This document shows, in pieces, positions 52,854-63,180 of a stretch of 64,000 nucleotides of DNA; the stretch's first letter is position 1, and each line of letters begins with the position of its first letter. This stretch comes from an uncultured Oscillospiraceae bacterium (GTDB lineage: Bacteria; Bacillota; Clostridia; Oscillospirales; Oscillospiraceae). The translations under genes and the position numbers were made by a program. The DNA lies in the NCBI GenBank assembly GCA_910587205.1, contig CAJULZ010000001.1, positions 1,889 to 65,888 on the forward strand, in the 5' to 3' direction. A model generated the notes under the pieces. That model was not told where the DNA came from and did no database searches. It was given only the letters and a program-made list of their open reading frames with translations.

Positions 52854-53471
52854 ATGGCACAGGAACAGACCTTATACCTGCTGCTGGACAGCAGGGGCAC
52901 CGCCTTGGCCCGTGCCAGGGTGGAGGGGCCGCCCAGCGGGGAGTTGTGGCAGATGCGGGTGCTGGACGACAAGACCGACAAAGTCTTGACCCACAAAAAA
53001 TTTAGATTGATGTCCATTACGGACAGCAGCCCGTCTTATGAAGGGGTGCTGGAGCGTAGCCGGAACGACATGGTCCAGCTCCGGGTGCACAAGTTGCCCA
53101 ACAATGGGAACGACATGCGCAAAAACCTGCGGGTGCCCGTCCAATTCAAGAGCTTTATCTACCCCTTGACGGGCCGGTGGAAAGGCCGGCGGGAGGTGGA
53201 GTCCAACGATCTAAGCTGCGGCGGCGTCGCTTTTTTCACCAACCACGGTTTACAAATCGGCGAACAGGTCGAGATTGTTGTCCCGGTGACCAGTGAACCC
53301 CTGGTGGTGCGGTGTGAGCTTTTGCGTCTGCGGCCCACGGAGCGGTCGGAGAGCATGATGTACGCGGCCAAGTTCGTGGAGCTGTGCGACGACGAGGAGA
53401 CGATGCTGCGGGAGGCGGTGTTCAACCTCCAGCTGACAGGGCGGCCCAAGCCCGCCGGGGAAGGCGCTTAG
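52854..53471 (+). CDS. PilZ-domain c-di-GMP-binding protein
   Basis: RxxxR (RKNLR) and DxSxxG (DLSCGG) motifs are both intact. Confidence 0.88.
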   Translation: MAQEQTLYLLLDSRGTALARARVEGPPSGELWQMRVLDDKTDKVLTHKKFRLMSITDSSPSYEGVLERSRNDMVQLRVHKLPNNGNDMRKNLRVPVQFKSFIYPLTGRWKGRREVESNDLSCGGVAFFTNHGLQIGEQVEIVVPVTSEPLVVRCELLRLRPTERSESMMYAAKFVELCDDEETMLREAVFNLQLTGRPKPAGEGA

Positions 53472-53598
53472 GGCGGGGCCGCGCGGGGCGCGGCGCTGCT
53501 TTTCATACAAACCCAATGCAAACGGACAGGCGCGGTCCGCGGGGGAGGATAGTCTGCCCCTGGTCTTGCGGACGCGCCGGAAAGGAATGGTCATACCC

Positions 53599-56500
53599 AT
53601 GAGCAAGAATCGTACACACGGAGGAATCAGGGGCCGGCTGCGCCGGGGAATCTGCGGTGTGCTTTGCCTGGCGCTTCTGCTGGGCCTGCTGCCGGCGGCG
53701 GCGATGCCCGCCCAGGCTGCCGCTTCCCGCCAGAGCTGGGCCATGCCCTATATGGAGCAGCTGGTGGACTGGGGCGTTATGCGCGGCGACGTAGGCGGCA
53801 ATCTGGCGCCCGAGCGGAACATCACCCGGGCGGAATTCGTCACCTTGGTCAACCGTGCCTACGGCTATACCCGCACGGGTGGGACCCCGTTTACCGATGT
53901 GCGCAGCGGGGACTGGTACGCCCAGGACATTGATATCGCCTATAATATGGGCTATTTCAAAGGGACGTCCCCCACCACGGCCTCCCCCCTGGCCCCCGTG
54001 ACCCGGGAGCAGGCCGCGGTGCTGCTGACCCGGAACCTGATGCTTCAGGAGACAGTGGGCGAGACCCTGGGCTTCTCCGACAGCCGCACGCTGGCGGAGT
54101 GGAGCCGGGGCCTGATCGGCGCGGCGGCGGCCAACGGCGTCATCAACGGCTACGCCGACGGCAGCTTCCGCCCGCGGAACAACATAAGCCGGGGCGAGGT
54201 GGCCGCTATGCTGGTGCGCTCCATCGGCACCCCCATCAGCGAGGCGGGGGATTATGACCTGGGCAGCGTGTACGGCAACGTCACGGTGAGCTCCTCCGGC
54301 GTGAACCTGCGCAACAGCGTGATCACCGGCAACCTGCTGCTCACTGGCGGCGTGGACCTGGGGGAAGTGCTGCTGGAAAACGTGACGGTGCTGGGACAGA
54401 TCATCGTCAGCGGCGCGGGGGAGAGCAATTCCAGCCAGAGCAGCGTGCTGCTGCGCAACGTGGAAGCGGATGAGATGGTTGTGGACAGCATCAGTAACCA
54501 GTTCGTTACCATCCGCGCCGAAGGCAACACCAGCATCGGCACTACCAAGGTGCGTACCAACGCCTACGTGGACGATTCCTCTTTGCCCGGCTTTGGGCTG
54601 AGCTACATCGAGCTGGACGGTGACAGCGGCAGTCTGCTCCAGCTGGCGGGCAATGTGAAGGAAGTGGTCAACAAGACCCCCTCGTCCAACCTCCAGATCG
54701 TGCAGGGCTCGGCGGACAAGGTCACGGTGGACGAGAAGGCGGTGGGCTCCAACGTGCTGGTGGACACCGGCACGCGAGTGGGCGAGCTCAACCTGGACGT
54801 GGGCGCCAACGTCACCGGTGACGGAGACATTAAGGACCTGAATGTGGGCGCCGCCGGGTCCACTGTGACGGAATTGCCCGATTCTATCTACATCCGGCCG
54901 GGCATTAACGCCGACATCAACGGATCCAACATGAACAGTACCCAGGCTGCGGAGTCCTCTGCCGACCCCAGGCTGCTGGCGGGTTATCCTAAGGTGAAGG
55001 AGGTGGCCCCCACCTCCGCCACCGCCGTGTTCAGCACCAATAAGGCGGGTACCGTCTATTGGGCCTTGTCCGCCGTGGCGGACGGCTCGGTGGGCGAGGA
55101 GGACCTGATTTCCCCGCCGGTATATGGCGGCAAGGCGGTGAAGTCCGGCAACCTGAAGGCCACGGCCTCCAAGACGGAATATACCGCCAAGCTGTCCGGC
55201 CTGACCACCGACGGCTCCTACTACCTCAGCGCGATCCTGGTGGACGACCGGGGCAATCACAGCCCTGTGAAGGTTACGGCCTTTAGCACCCCGGACAGTA
55301 CTGTCCCGGCTTTCACCTCTGGCTACCCGCGGATCACCCGGGACACTACCGAGGCAGGGACCGCCCAGGTAACCGCCATGACCAACAAGGACTGCCTGCT
55401 GTATTACGCCCTGCTGCCCTCCGGCAGCACCGCGCCTAAGGCCCAGGACTTCAAGTCCGCCGCTATCAACGGCAATCTGGGGTACGGCAGCGTGGACATG
55501 GTGAAGAACGTAACCCAGCCCATCAATGTCAACAGCGTGACGCTGGACGAGCAGACCAAATACGACCTGTATCTGTGGCTCACCGACTACAACGGAGCCA
55601 AGAGCTCCGCTGTAAAGAAGCTCACCTTCACCACCCGGGATGAGACCCCGCCGGTCATTACCTATCTGGAGCAGGATCTCGGTCGCACAACCGCCACCGC
55701 TGTGGGCGTGACTTATAGCCTTGACGAGCCGGGCACCCTCTACTGGGCCATCTATCCCGATGACGGCTCCAACCCCTTTGTGTTGGAGTTCGGGGACGAC
55801 GAGACGTCGGACAAGTGGAAGGACGTGAAGGCTAAGGCTTTTGTCAAGAGCGGTTTGAGCGCCACCAAGAAGGGCAAGAGCAACGCCAGCAAGGCGGCTA
55901 CCGAGATCAGCTATGCCATTTCCGGCCTGAACAGCAAAACCACCGGCACCACCTCTTATATGCTGTATGTGGTGGCCGAGGACAAGGCGGGCAACTTGTG
56001 TGCGAAAGTAGAGGCGCGCAATGTGCGTACGCTGGACGACATCCCGCCCAAAGTGCACCAGGAGTTCACCGATGTGGACACCGAAAATCCCAACGAGGCC
56101 ACGGCGGACACCGATATCCGCCTGGTGTTTGACGAGCGGGTCCAGGGCGACCCCATAAAGGAGGAGGAGTTCAAGGCGCTGTATGACAAGGTGACCCAGA
56201 CCACCGGAGCGGAGCAGGACGCTGCCCGGGACGCGCTGGCCACGGCGCTGAAGAACCACATTAAGATGTGGCAGATTGCCGCCAACGGCCGGGAGGAGCT
56301 GGCGAAGATCCGGCCGGACGATCTCAAGGATGGGAACACCGAATGGGTGGTGGACTACCGGTATGCTACGGTGACTATGGAGGACGGCAACATGGTCGTC
56401 ACGCTCCCCACCACCAAGGACGACAACAGCGACGGCCTTGGCCCCAGCGCCCTGAACCTTAAGAGCGGCGCGACCTATTTCTTCGTCCTGTCCGGCATCT

Positions 56501-58779
56501 ACGATATGGCCCTTAAGCCCAACCCCCTGAATAAAAAGAATCCCCTGCGCTTGGACAATTTCCGCATCGTGTTCGCCCACGTGTCGGTGAACCGCAGCCA
56601 GAGCGTTGCCATTAACGCGGCTTCGGGACTTCCCGCCGGCCACGTAGCCCCTCCCTTCGACATCGACTTCAACTTCACTGTGGAGCCGGAGGCTGTGGAC
56701 GCGGTGCAAGAGGCCATGATGTGGGATATGCTGATCTGGTCCGACCGCACCATGGATTATGAGCTCTACTCCCGGCCCAAACCGGCGGAAGGTGCGCTGG
56801 ATGATGGACTGGGCTGGGTATATGAGGGCTCCGCCAGCGTAATCGCCTCCGGCCTGGAGGACGGCTTCGTCTACAGCAGCTTCCATCGGGTCATCAAAAA
56901 CCAGCGCACCTTCCCCCAGCTGGTCACGATGGGGAGCGTGCACGGCGACCGTGAGTACGCCATCCGCGTGACTAACGTGGGCTCCAGCAATGTGGACGGG
57001 ATCAATGTGAAAATCTCCATTGAGGCCGGCTACCACACGGGCCTGACCAACGTGGCCGACGGCAGCCGTAAGAGCCACCTGGACGCCGCCAAGACTACCG
57101 ACGGCGTGGCCACCATCAGCCGTCCCGAGCAGCGCCTGCTCTATAAGGAGCTCCGGGACAGCACCCCGCCCAAGTTTAACGACAACTATCCCGTGATCCG
57201 GGCGGGAGACATCAGCGCCAGCATTGACGTGATGCTTGACAAGGCGGGCTACGTGTACTGGGTGGCCGTGCCCATGGACAGCGTGACCGCGCCGACGCTG
57301 GACAACTCCCTGCCCATGAAGGGACAGGAGGACAAGATCACGGAATACAACAACCGGGTGCCGCCCACCGCCTTGGGCCTGGGTAAAAACTGGAGCGACA
57401 GCGGCAAGATTGTGGATGCGGCCGGATCGGCCAACGCCCCCTTAACCGCCTCCGGAAAGCCCGTGCTGAGCACGATCCCCACCCAGGGGCCGACGGCTGA
57501 TAAAAATAACAAAGACGTGATCACCAACGACCACCGCTACTACCTGGCCGCGCCGGACCGGGCCACTGTGGTGGCCCTGGCCCAGGAGGGCAACAGCGGC
57601 ACCCGCCGGGGCGGCGTCACCGAGCGCCTCCGCCCCAACATCGCGGGGGACACCATCACCCTCAGCGACCTCCAGCCCGACACGGTCTACCTCCTCTATG
57701 TGGTGACGGCCAACACCTCCGACAGCTATGAGGCCAACGCCGAGGTCTACCGCTTCACCACCGAAAAGGCGGTGCGTCCCGGCATTGATGCGGAGATTTT
57801 CGGCACCAGCGTCAAGATTTCCATCTACCAGACCCCCACTGCCAACCTGGACTATATGCTGGTGCTCCGGGGCAACGAGCCCGAAGGGTTCAGCGACTTG
57901 TTTACCAAGCATGTGGCCGCAAGTGATGTGAATACGGTGACAGGCCTCTACGGTGCGGACTTCACTGTGCTGGACGCCATGTGCAGGCCGGTGACCAGCG
58001 GCGGCGATTACCAGGGCACGGTGTTCGATGAGTACGCCACCACGGCGGCAAAGAACACCTTTGCCAGCCGCATCCGCAATTCCCAGCCCAGCAGCACCAT
58101 TGTCATGAAGAGCCCCAGCGGCAACAACACCTTCACCCAGGCGAACAATACGGTGCAGGGCAAAAATATGGTAAAATGCACGGGCATGGTGGGCATCAAC
58201 AACTACACCTTCATTGCGGTGGGCAAGAGCACCATGGGCTCCGGCGACGCATTCCGCGCCATCTACTCGGTGCACAACGACGACAACGAGCAGCCCAAGG
58301 TGGATGTGAACTTCTCCAGTATTGAGGTGCTTGAGTGGGATACGACCGATCCCAACGCGGTTAAGATCAAGGACGGCATTATCACCCTGGCCTTCAGCGA
58401 GGACCTGTACGCCCGGCCCAGCGCGGACAAGAAGCCGATCCCCGTGGACAACTGCAAGCTGGCTGCAACCGGCCACGCGAATACGACTTACGCCGCCATT
58501 GGGGGCTTGGTCACAAGCGGCGGCGCAATCCAGGTGATCGGGGACGACAAGCATGATAAGGATGTGGTGGAGGCTACCGCCCCCATCTCCACCGTCAAGC
58601 TGAGCGTTTCTGGCGCGGGCAACGGGTATACCATCAACTTCCGCAATACACTGTGCGACGAAAACGGCAACGGCGTGGGCAATACGCTGAGCATGAAGAT
58701 TATCATTACCAAGAGCGGGACAGGGGACAACGCCACCTATACGGTGACGCTGGATGTGCCCCGCGAGTGGAAGAAGTAA
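53599..58779 (+). CDS. Large S-layer-homology (SLH) surface protein, about 1726 aa
   Basis: Signal peptide, three N-terminal SLH repeats (ITRAEF, VTREQA, ISRGEV), a beta-rich region, and at least four FnIII/Ig-like repeats (P.F...YP......A......K.G.VYW). Confidence 0.9.
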   Translation: MSKNRTHGGIRGRLRRGICGVLCLALLLGLLPAAAMPAQAAASRQSWAMPYMEQLVDWGVMRGDVGGNLAPERNITRAEFVTLVNRAYGYTRTGGTPFTDVRSGDWYAQDIDIAYNMGYFKGTSPTTASPLAPVTREQAAVLLTRNLMLQETVGETLGFSDSRTLAEWSRGLIGAAAANGVINGYADGSFRPRNNISRGEVAAMLVRSIGTPISEAGDYDLGSVYGNVTVSSSGVNLRNSVITGNLLLTGGVDLGEVLLENVTVLGQIIVSGAGESNSSQSSVLLRNVEADEMVVDSISNQFVTIRAEGNTSIGTTKVRTNAYVDDSSLPGFGLSYIELDGDSGSLLQLAGNVKEVVNKTPSSNLQIVQGSADKVTVDEKAVGSNVLVDTGTRVGELNLDVGANVTGDGDIKDLNVGAAGSTVTELPDSIYIRPGINADINGSNMNSTQAAESSADPRLLAGYPKVKEVAPTSATAVFSTNKAGTVYWALSAVADGSVGEEDLISPPVYGGKAVKSGNLKATASKTEYTAKLSGLTTDGSYYLSAILVDDRGNHSPVKVTAFSTPDSTVPAFTSGYPRITRDTTEAGTAQVTAMTNKDCLLYYALLPSGSTAPKAQDFKSAAINGNLGYGSVDMVKNVTQPINVNSVTLDEQTKYDLYLWLTDYNGAKSSAVKKLTFTTRDETPPVITYLEQDLGRTTATAVGVTYSLDEPGTLYWAIYPDDGSNPFVLEFGDDETSDKWKDVKAKAFVKSGLSATKKGKSNASKAATEISYAISGLNSKTTGTTSYMLYVVAEDKAGNLCAKVEARNVRTLDDIPPKVHQEFTDVDTENPNEATADTDIRLVFDERVQGDPIKEEEFKALYDKVTQTTGAEQDAARDALATALKNHIKMWQIAANGREELAKIRPDDLKDGNTEWVVDYRYATVTMEDGNMVVTLPTTKDDNSDGLGPSALNLKSGATYFFVLSGIYDMALKPNPLNKKNPLRLDNFRIVFAHVSVNRSQSVAINAASGLPAGHVAPPFDIDFNFTVEPEAVDAVQEAMMWDMLIWSDRTMDYELYSRPKPAEGALDDGLGWVYEGSASVIASGLEDGFVYSSFHRVIKNQRTFPQLVTMGSVHGDREYAIRVTNVGSSNVDGINVKISIEAGYHTGLTNVADGSRKSHLDAAKTTDGVATISRPEQRLLYKELRDSTPPKFNDNYPVIRAGDISASIDVMLDKAGYVYWVAVPMDSVTAPTLDNSLPMKGQEDKITEYNNRVPPTALGLGKNWSDSGKIVDAAGSANAPLTASGKPVLSTIPTQGPTADKNNKDVITNDHRYYLAAPDRATVVALAQEGNSGTRRGGVTERLRPNIAGDTITLSDLQPDTVYLLYVVTANTSDSYEANAEVYRFTTEKAVRPGIDAEIFGTSVKISIYQTPTANLDYMLVLRGNEPEGFSDLFTKHVAASDVNTVTGLYGADFTVLDAMCRPVTSGGDYQGTVFDEYATTAAKNTFASRIRNSQPSSTIVMKSPSGNNTFTQANNTVQGKNMVKCTGMVGINNYTFIAVGKSTMGSGDAFRAIYSVHNDDNEQPKVDVNFSSIEVLEWDTTDPNAVKIKDGIITLAFSEDLYARPSADKKPIPVDNCKLAATGHANTTYAAIGGLVTSGGAIQVIGDDKHDKDVVEATAPISTVKLSVSGAGNGYTINFRNTLCDENGNGVGNTLSMKIIITKSGTGDNATYTVTLDVPREWKK

Positions 58780-58789
58780 CAACCGCCAT

Positions 58790-58818
58790 GGGGAGCGGGC
58801 GGAATCCGCCCGCTCCCC
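58790..58818 (+). other. Perfect 13-bp hairpin between the two SLH genes (no U-tract)
   Basis: GGGGAGCGGGCGG-AAT-CCGCCCGCTCCCC. Confidence 0.6.
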
Positions 58819-58853
58819 GCTTGGAACGTAAACCGCGCAAAGGAGTGCAAAGC

Positions 58854-61800
58854 ATGAAACAAAATAGTCTGCGCCGCTTGGGGGCGCTGGTACTGTCCCT
58901 GGCTATGGCGCTGACCATGGCGGTGACGCCCGCGATGGCGTTGGATTTGACGGTAACGATTAAAGGTGTGTCGCCCGCGACCCTGCCTGCCACATTATCG
59001 GTAGGCGACTCGGCCACGATTGAGGCTGAGCTGGCATTGCCGGATCCTGCGGCAACGTATCAATGGAGCCAATCCGGCGATGGTACTGTGAGGTTTAGTT
59101 CAGATGCAACCGCAACAACCACCATTGAGGCAGTGACGGCAGGCAGTGTTACAATTACTGTTACAGCGACATCTGGGGGAACTGACACAGGAAGCACAAC
59201 TCATACCCTGACCGTCACGAATCCCGCCCCGGTCAACGTCCCCGTCACCGGCGTCACCGTAACCCCGTCCACGCTGTCCATGACGATGGGCGGCGGGGTC
59301 CAGACGCTGACGGCGTCGGTGGAGCCCGCCAACGCCACCAACAAAACTGTGACCTGGGGCAGCACCAACGAAAAGGTGGCCACTGTGAACAAGGACACCG
59401 GCTTGGTTACGGCCAAGGGTGTGGGCTCCACTACCATCACTGCCACGGCAAAAGATGGTTCTGGCGTGTCTGGAAGCTGTACCGTTACCGTGAGCGCCCA
59501 GGGGGTCACCAAGATCAGTTTCCCCAACCCGGTGATAACATTGACTGCTGCGGTGAACCCCACCGTCACTCTGGACACGCAGCCCTATGGCTCCAAGGTT
59601 TCCGCCGTGGAATGGATTTCCGGCGACGAGACTGTGGTAACGGTGGAGCCCAGCGCCGCCTACCCCGGCACGGCTACACTGAAAGCCCAGGGGCCGGGGG
59701 AGACCACCATAACCGCCAAGGCGGGGGATTCGGACGACTTGAAGGCGGTGTGCACCGTGAAGGTGAGCGGCATCGTCATTGAGTACAATGGGGAGAAGGC
59801 CGATGCCGCCACCCCCATTACCCTGACCAAGAACGTGCCTGCCACCCTGGTGGTTCGTCCCTATGGCGATGCAGACACCCACGATGTAGCGGTGTGGGAG
59901 TCGGACAATAATGCGGTGGTCTATGTTGTGAGCGGTGGCAAGGTGAGTCCCCGCGCCGTGGGCAACGCCCACGTCACCGTCAGAAAGGGAAAGTATATCG
60001 CCTCCTGTACCATCAACGTGGTGGAGGACACCTCCACCCTCATCACCACCTCGTCCATCAACGCCGGGGCGGAGATCAGCATGAACCACAGCAGCATCCG
60101 CAGCCGGCTCAACGCCATTGCTTACTCCAAGGGCTACGGCTCGGTGGACTATGTTACCAACCTGACGGTGGGCACCGACCAGGGCATCCTGTACTACGGC
60201 TATCTCTACGAAGGAGACACCGGCGCGGGGGTTGGGATGGAAAAGTATTACCTGAACCCCAAGACGAACGCCGGGCAGCTTGCCCTGAGCGAGCTGGGCT
60301 TTGTGGCCCGCACCACGTTCAGCGGCTCCGCAGAGATCCATTATACCGCCTATTGCGGCAGCAATTCCTTCTCCGGCCTGATCCGAGTGCCGGTGAACGC
60401 GGTGAACGATGTGGTATACTCCACCACCCGGGACCGTCCCATCACCTTCCAGGCCGGCGACTTCAACGCCGCGTGCCGCACCAAGAACGGCCGCGACCTG
60501 AAGAACGTCACGTTCACCCTGCCCCAGGCCAGCTCGGGTACACTGTATTATGACTATCTCACCCTGGGGGAGAACGCCCAGCAGGTGACGGCGGGGACAG
60601 CCTATGGCCGCCTCTCCGCCCCCTACCTGGACAGCGTGACCTTTGTCCCGGCCCAGAACTGCCCCAGCGTTGTGACCATCGGCTACCAGGGCTATGACGT
60701 GTCCAACCGGGCGGTCAGCGGCCGGGTGACCATCAATATCACCGGCGGGGGCGGCACAGGCTCCGACGTGGTGCGCAATACCGACGTGCGCTACACCGGC
60801 AACTGGGGGGACCAGATCATTTTCCGGGCCAGTGATTTCACTGCCGCCAGCCTGGCTTCCATCGGTGAGCAGCTGTCCTACGTGCGGTTCTACCTGCCCG
60901 CCTCCAGCCAGGGCACGCTGTATTTCAACTATAACAGCTCGGGCAGCTACAGCAGCTATGTCAGCCCGGCCACCAACTACTATCCCAGCAGCGCGCCCGC
61001 TATCGGCGGGGTGTCCTTTGTGCCCGCCTCCACGGCCAACAGCCGGGTGACCATGAGCTACACCGGCTATGGCGTCCGGGGGAACACCTTCTCAGGAACC
61101 ATCTATATTGATTACGGCGATCCCTCTAATCCCACCGTGCGGTATTCCACCTACAGCGGCAAGCTGGTGAACTTCCAGGCCAGCGACTTCAACAACGCCT
61201 GCCTGGCCGCCACGGGGAGCACGCTGGACTATGTGCAGTTTACAGGCCTGCCGGGCAATGCCCAGGGCGTGATGTACTATGACTACCGTTCCAGCAACAG
61301 CTATAACACCCAGGTATCCAGCTGGAACAGCTATTACCGCTCCACCAGCAACAGCTACCAGAACCAGCTTGGGCGGATCTCCTTCCTGGCCGGGAAGGAG
61401 TACACCGGCACGGTGCGCATCCCCTATACCGGGTACAGCACCGACCGGAACCGCACCTCCTTTACCGGTACCGTGGTGATCCAGGTGTCCACCCCGGCGC
61501 CCAACGACATCAACTTGAGCACTACCGCGGCCAGTCCGGTGAAGTTGTCCTCCTCGACGGTACGCAGCGTGTGCTACGCGGTGATGGACCAGGAGCTGTC
61601 CTACATCCAGATCACCAGTCTGCCGCCTGCCGCCGCGGGCCAGCTGTACAGCAATTACAGCGGCGGGGGCACGGGGACCGCGGTAAACGTAGGCGCGCGG
61701 TTCTACCGCTCGGGCACGCCCGGTATCGACCAGCTCAGCTTTGTGCCCCGGGGCGGCTACCAGGGCACGGCGACCATCGGCTACACCGGCGTAGGCGTCA

Positions 61801-62399
61801 ACGGCCAGCAGGTGAGCGGCCGGATCAATGTCACGGTGGGTCGGTCCGGGACTTCCGGCTACTTCAATGACATGGGCAATTATGCCTGGGCGGCGGATGC
61901 GGTGGACTACCTCTACCGCAGCGGCGTGGTCAACGGCATGGGGAACGGCGGGTACGGCCCGTCGCTGCCCATCCGCCGGTGCGACTTTGTGGTGATGCTG
62001 TGCCGGGCGTTCCGGCTCAACGGCGGCGGGGGGTACAGCTTTGCCGATGTGCCCGTCAATAGTTATTACGGCCAGGCGCTGGCCACGGCGAAAAGCCTGG
62101 GGATCGTCAGCGGCGACGGCGCGAACTTCTACCCCAACAACAACCTGAGCAGGCAGGACGCCATGGTGATGATCTACAACACCCTTCAAGCCACAGGGCA
62201 CAATCTGACCAACGGCCTGACGGCGGATTTGTCCATTTTCCTGGATCAGGCGCAGATCTCCCCCTATGCCCGGAACTCGGTGGGCATTCTGGTGTACCTG
62301 GGCGCGGTGAAGGGGGACGGGAACGGCTATCTGCGGCCCCGGAGCACCATCAACCGGGCGGAGGCGGCCATCCTGATTCAGTTCATCATGGCCATGTGA
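58854..62399 (+). CDS. Large surface protein: Big_2 Ig domains, five tandem beta repeats, C-terminal SLH domains
   Basis: Signal peptide, Big_2 motif (L.ASV.P.NATNK.VTW.S....VATV...G.VTA...G...IT), repeats of about 115-120 aa, three C-terminal SLH (IRRCDF, LSRQDA, INRAEA). Confidence 0.9.
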   Translation: MKQNSLRRLGALVLSLAMALTMAVTPAMALDLTVTIKGVSPATLPATLSVGDSATIEAELALPDPAATYQWSQSGDGTVRFSSDATATTTIEAVTAGSVTITVTATSGGTDTGSTTHTLTVTNPAPVNVPVTGVTVTPSTLSMTMGGGVQTLTASVEPANATNKTVTWGSTNEKVATVNKDTGLVTAKGVGSTTITATAKDGSGVSGSCTVTVSAQGVTKISFPNPVITLTAAVNPTVTLDTQPYGSKVSAVEWISGDETVVTVEPSAAYPGTATLKAQGPGETTITAKAGDSDDLKAVCTVKVSGIVIEYNGEKADAATPITLTKNVPATLVVRPYGDADTHDVAVWESDNNAVVYVVSGGKVSPRAVGNAHVTVRKGKYIASCTINVVEDTSTLITTSSINAGAEISMNHSSIRSRLNAIAYSKGYGSVDYVTNLTVGTDQGILYYGYLYEGDTGAGVGMEKYYLNPKTNAGQLALSELGFVARTTFSGSAEIHYTAYCGSNSFSGLIRVPVNAVNDVVYSTTRDRPITFQAGDFNAACRTKNGRDLKNVTFTLPQASSGTLYYDYLTLGENAQQVTAGTAYGRLSAPYLDSVTFVPAQNCPSVVTIGYQGYDVSNRAVSGRVTINITGGGGTGSDVVRNTDVRYTGNWGDQIIFRASDFTAASLASIGEQLSYVRFYLPASSQGTLYFNYNSSGSYSSYVSPATNYYPSSAPAIGGVSFVPASTANSRVTMSYTGYGVRGNTFSGTIYIDYGDPSNPTVRYSTYSGKLVNFQASDFNNACLAATGSTLDYVQFTGLPGNAQGVMYYDYRSSNSYNTQVSSWNSYYRSTSNSYQNQLGRISFLAGKEYTGTVRIPYTGYSTDRNRTSFTGTVVIQVSTPAPNDINLSTTAASPVKLSSSTVRSVCYAVMDQELSYIQITSLPPAAAGQLYSNYSGGGTGTAVNVGARFYRSGTPGIDQLSFVPRGGYQGTATIGYTGVGVNGQQVSGRINVTVGRSGTSGYFNDMGNYAWAADAVDYLYRSGVVNGMGNGGYGPSLPIRRCDFVVMLCRAFRLNGGGGYSFADVPVNSYYGQALATAKSLGIVSGDGANFYPNNNLSRQDAMVMIYNTLQATGHNLTNGLTADLSIFLDQAQISPYARNSVGILVYLGAVKGDGNGYLRPRSTINRAEAAILIQFIMAM

Positions 62400-62436
62400 C
62401 CGGGGCAAGGACAAGAGGGAAAGGAGACGTGGGAAC

Positions 62437-63150
62437 ATGAACGAGGCGCCGCAGGCCGAGGAGGCCGTGCAGGAGACCGCGCAAGAGGCGGCCGTACAGG
62501 AGGATTTCGATTTCCGCCGCGGAATGACGGTGGAGGTGCTGACGATGGAGAACCGGCTGACCTTCGTGGGCAAGGTGGAGAGCTACCACAACGGGGCGAT
62601 CGTCATCCGGGAGGCCAAGGGGAACGAGCTGCCGCCGGTGCTGTATAACAAGGAGATCAAGCTGCGCTTTTTCCGGGAGCGGAGCAATCTGGTGATTCAC
62701 GGCAAAATCTGCGGCAGCACCAACTTGATCTGGAAACTGGACCGGCTGGAGAGCAAGTTCAGCAAGGAGCAGCGGGCCTTTTTCCGCCAGCGGATCAGTC
62801 CCAATACCGGCGGCACGTGCGCCAAGCGAGCCAGGCAGGGGCATCCGGGGAGCAAGCCCATGCCCTGCATGGTGGTGGACATCAGCGCCGGCGGCGTGCT
62901 TATCAGCAGCCAGGAGGAGTATGAGGTGGACGACCGGCTGACCATTACCGGCGTCCAGCTGACGCCGGGCATGGACCCCTTCAGCTTCAACTGCCTGGTG
63001 CGTCGGGCGGGGGAGCGGAGCGAGGGTATGATCCGCTATGGCTGCAAGTTTGAATCGCTGCCCCCCAAGGAACAGGACCGTCTGCTGCGGGCGATCTTCG
63101 TCGTCCAGCGAGAGGAAATCCGCAGCCAGAAGGAGCGGGACGAATTGTAA
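62437..63150 (+). CDS. YcgR/MotI-like PilZ-domain protein (flagellar brake family)
   Basis: N-terminal barrel, QRAFFR (RxxxR) and DISAGG motifs, C-terminal I F..QRE helix. Confidence 0.88.
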   Translation: MNEAPQAEEAVQETAQEAAVQEDFDFRRGMTVEVLTMENRLTFVGKVESYHNGAIVIREAKGNELPPVLYNKEIKLRFFRERSNLVIHGKICGSTNLIWKLDRLESKFSKEQRAFFRQRISPNTGGTCAKRARQGHPGSKPMPCMVVDISAGGVLISSQEEYEVDDRLTITGVQLTPGMDPFSFNCLVRRAGERSEGMIRYGCKFESLPPKEQDRLLRAIFVVQREEIRSQKERDEL

Positions 63151-63180
63151 ACGCCCGCTGAGCGAAGTCTAAGTATGAAT

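Noticed and set aside
53503..57078. 1191 aa - strand ORF, plus other long antisense ORFs (48326-51217, 33702-35786, 18046-19926, 9873-11663, 23033-24772, 75-1775)
   Set aside because: Shadow frames opposite well-supported genes. Strong G/C third-position bias suppresses stops, and the translations are His/Gly/Val-rich with no recognisable motifs.
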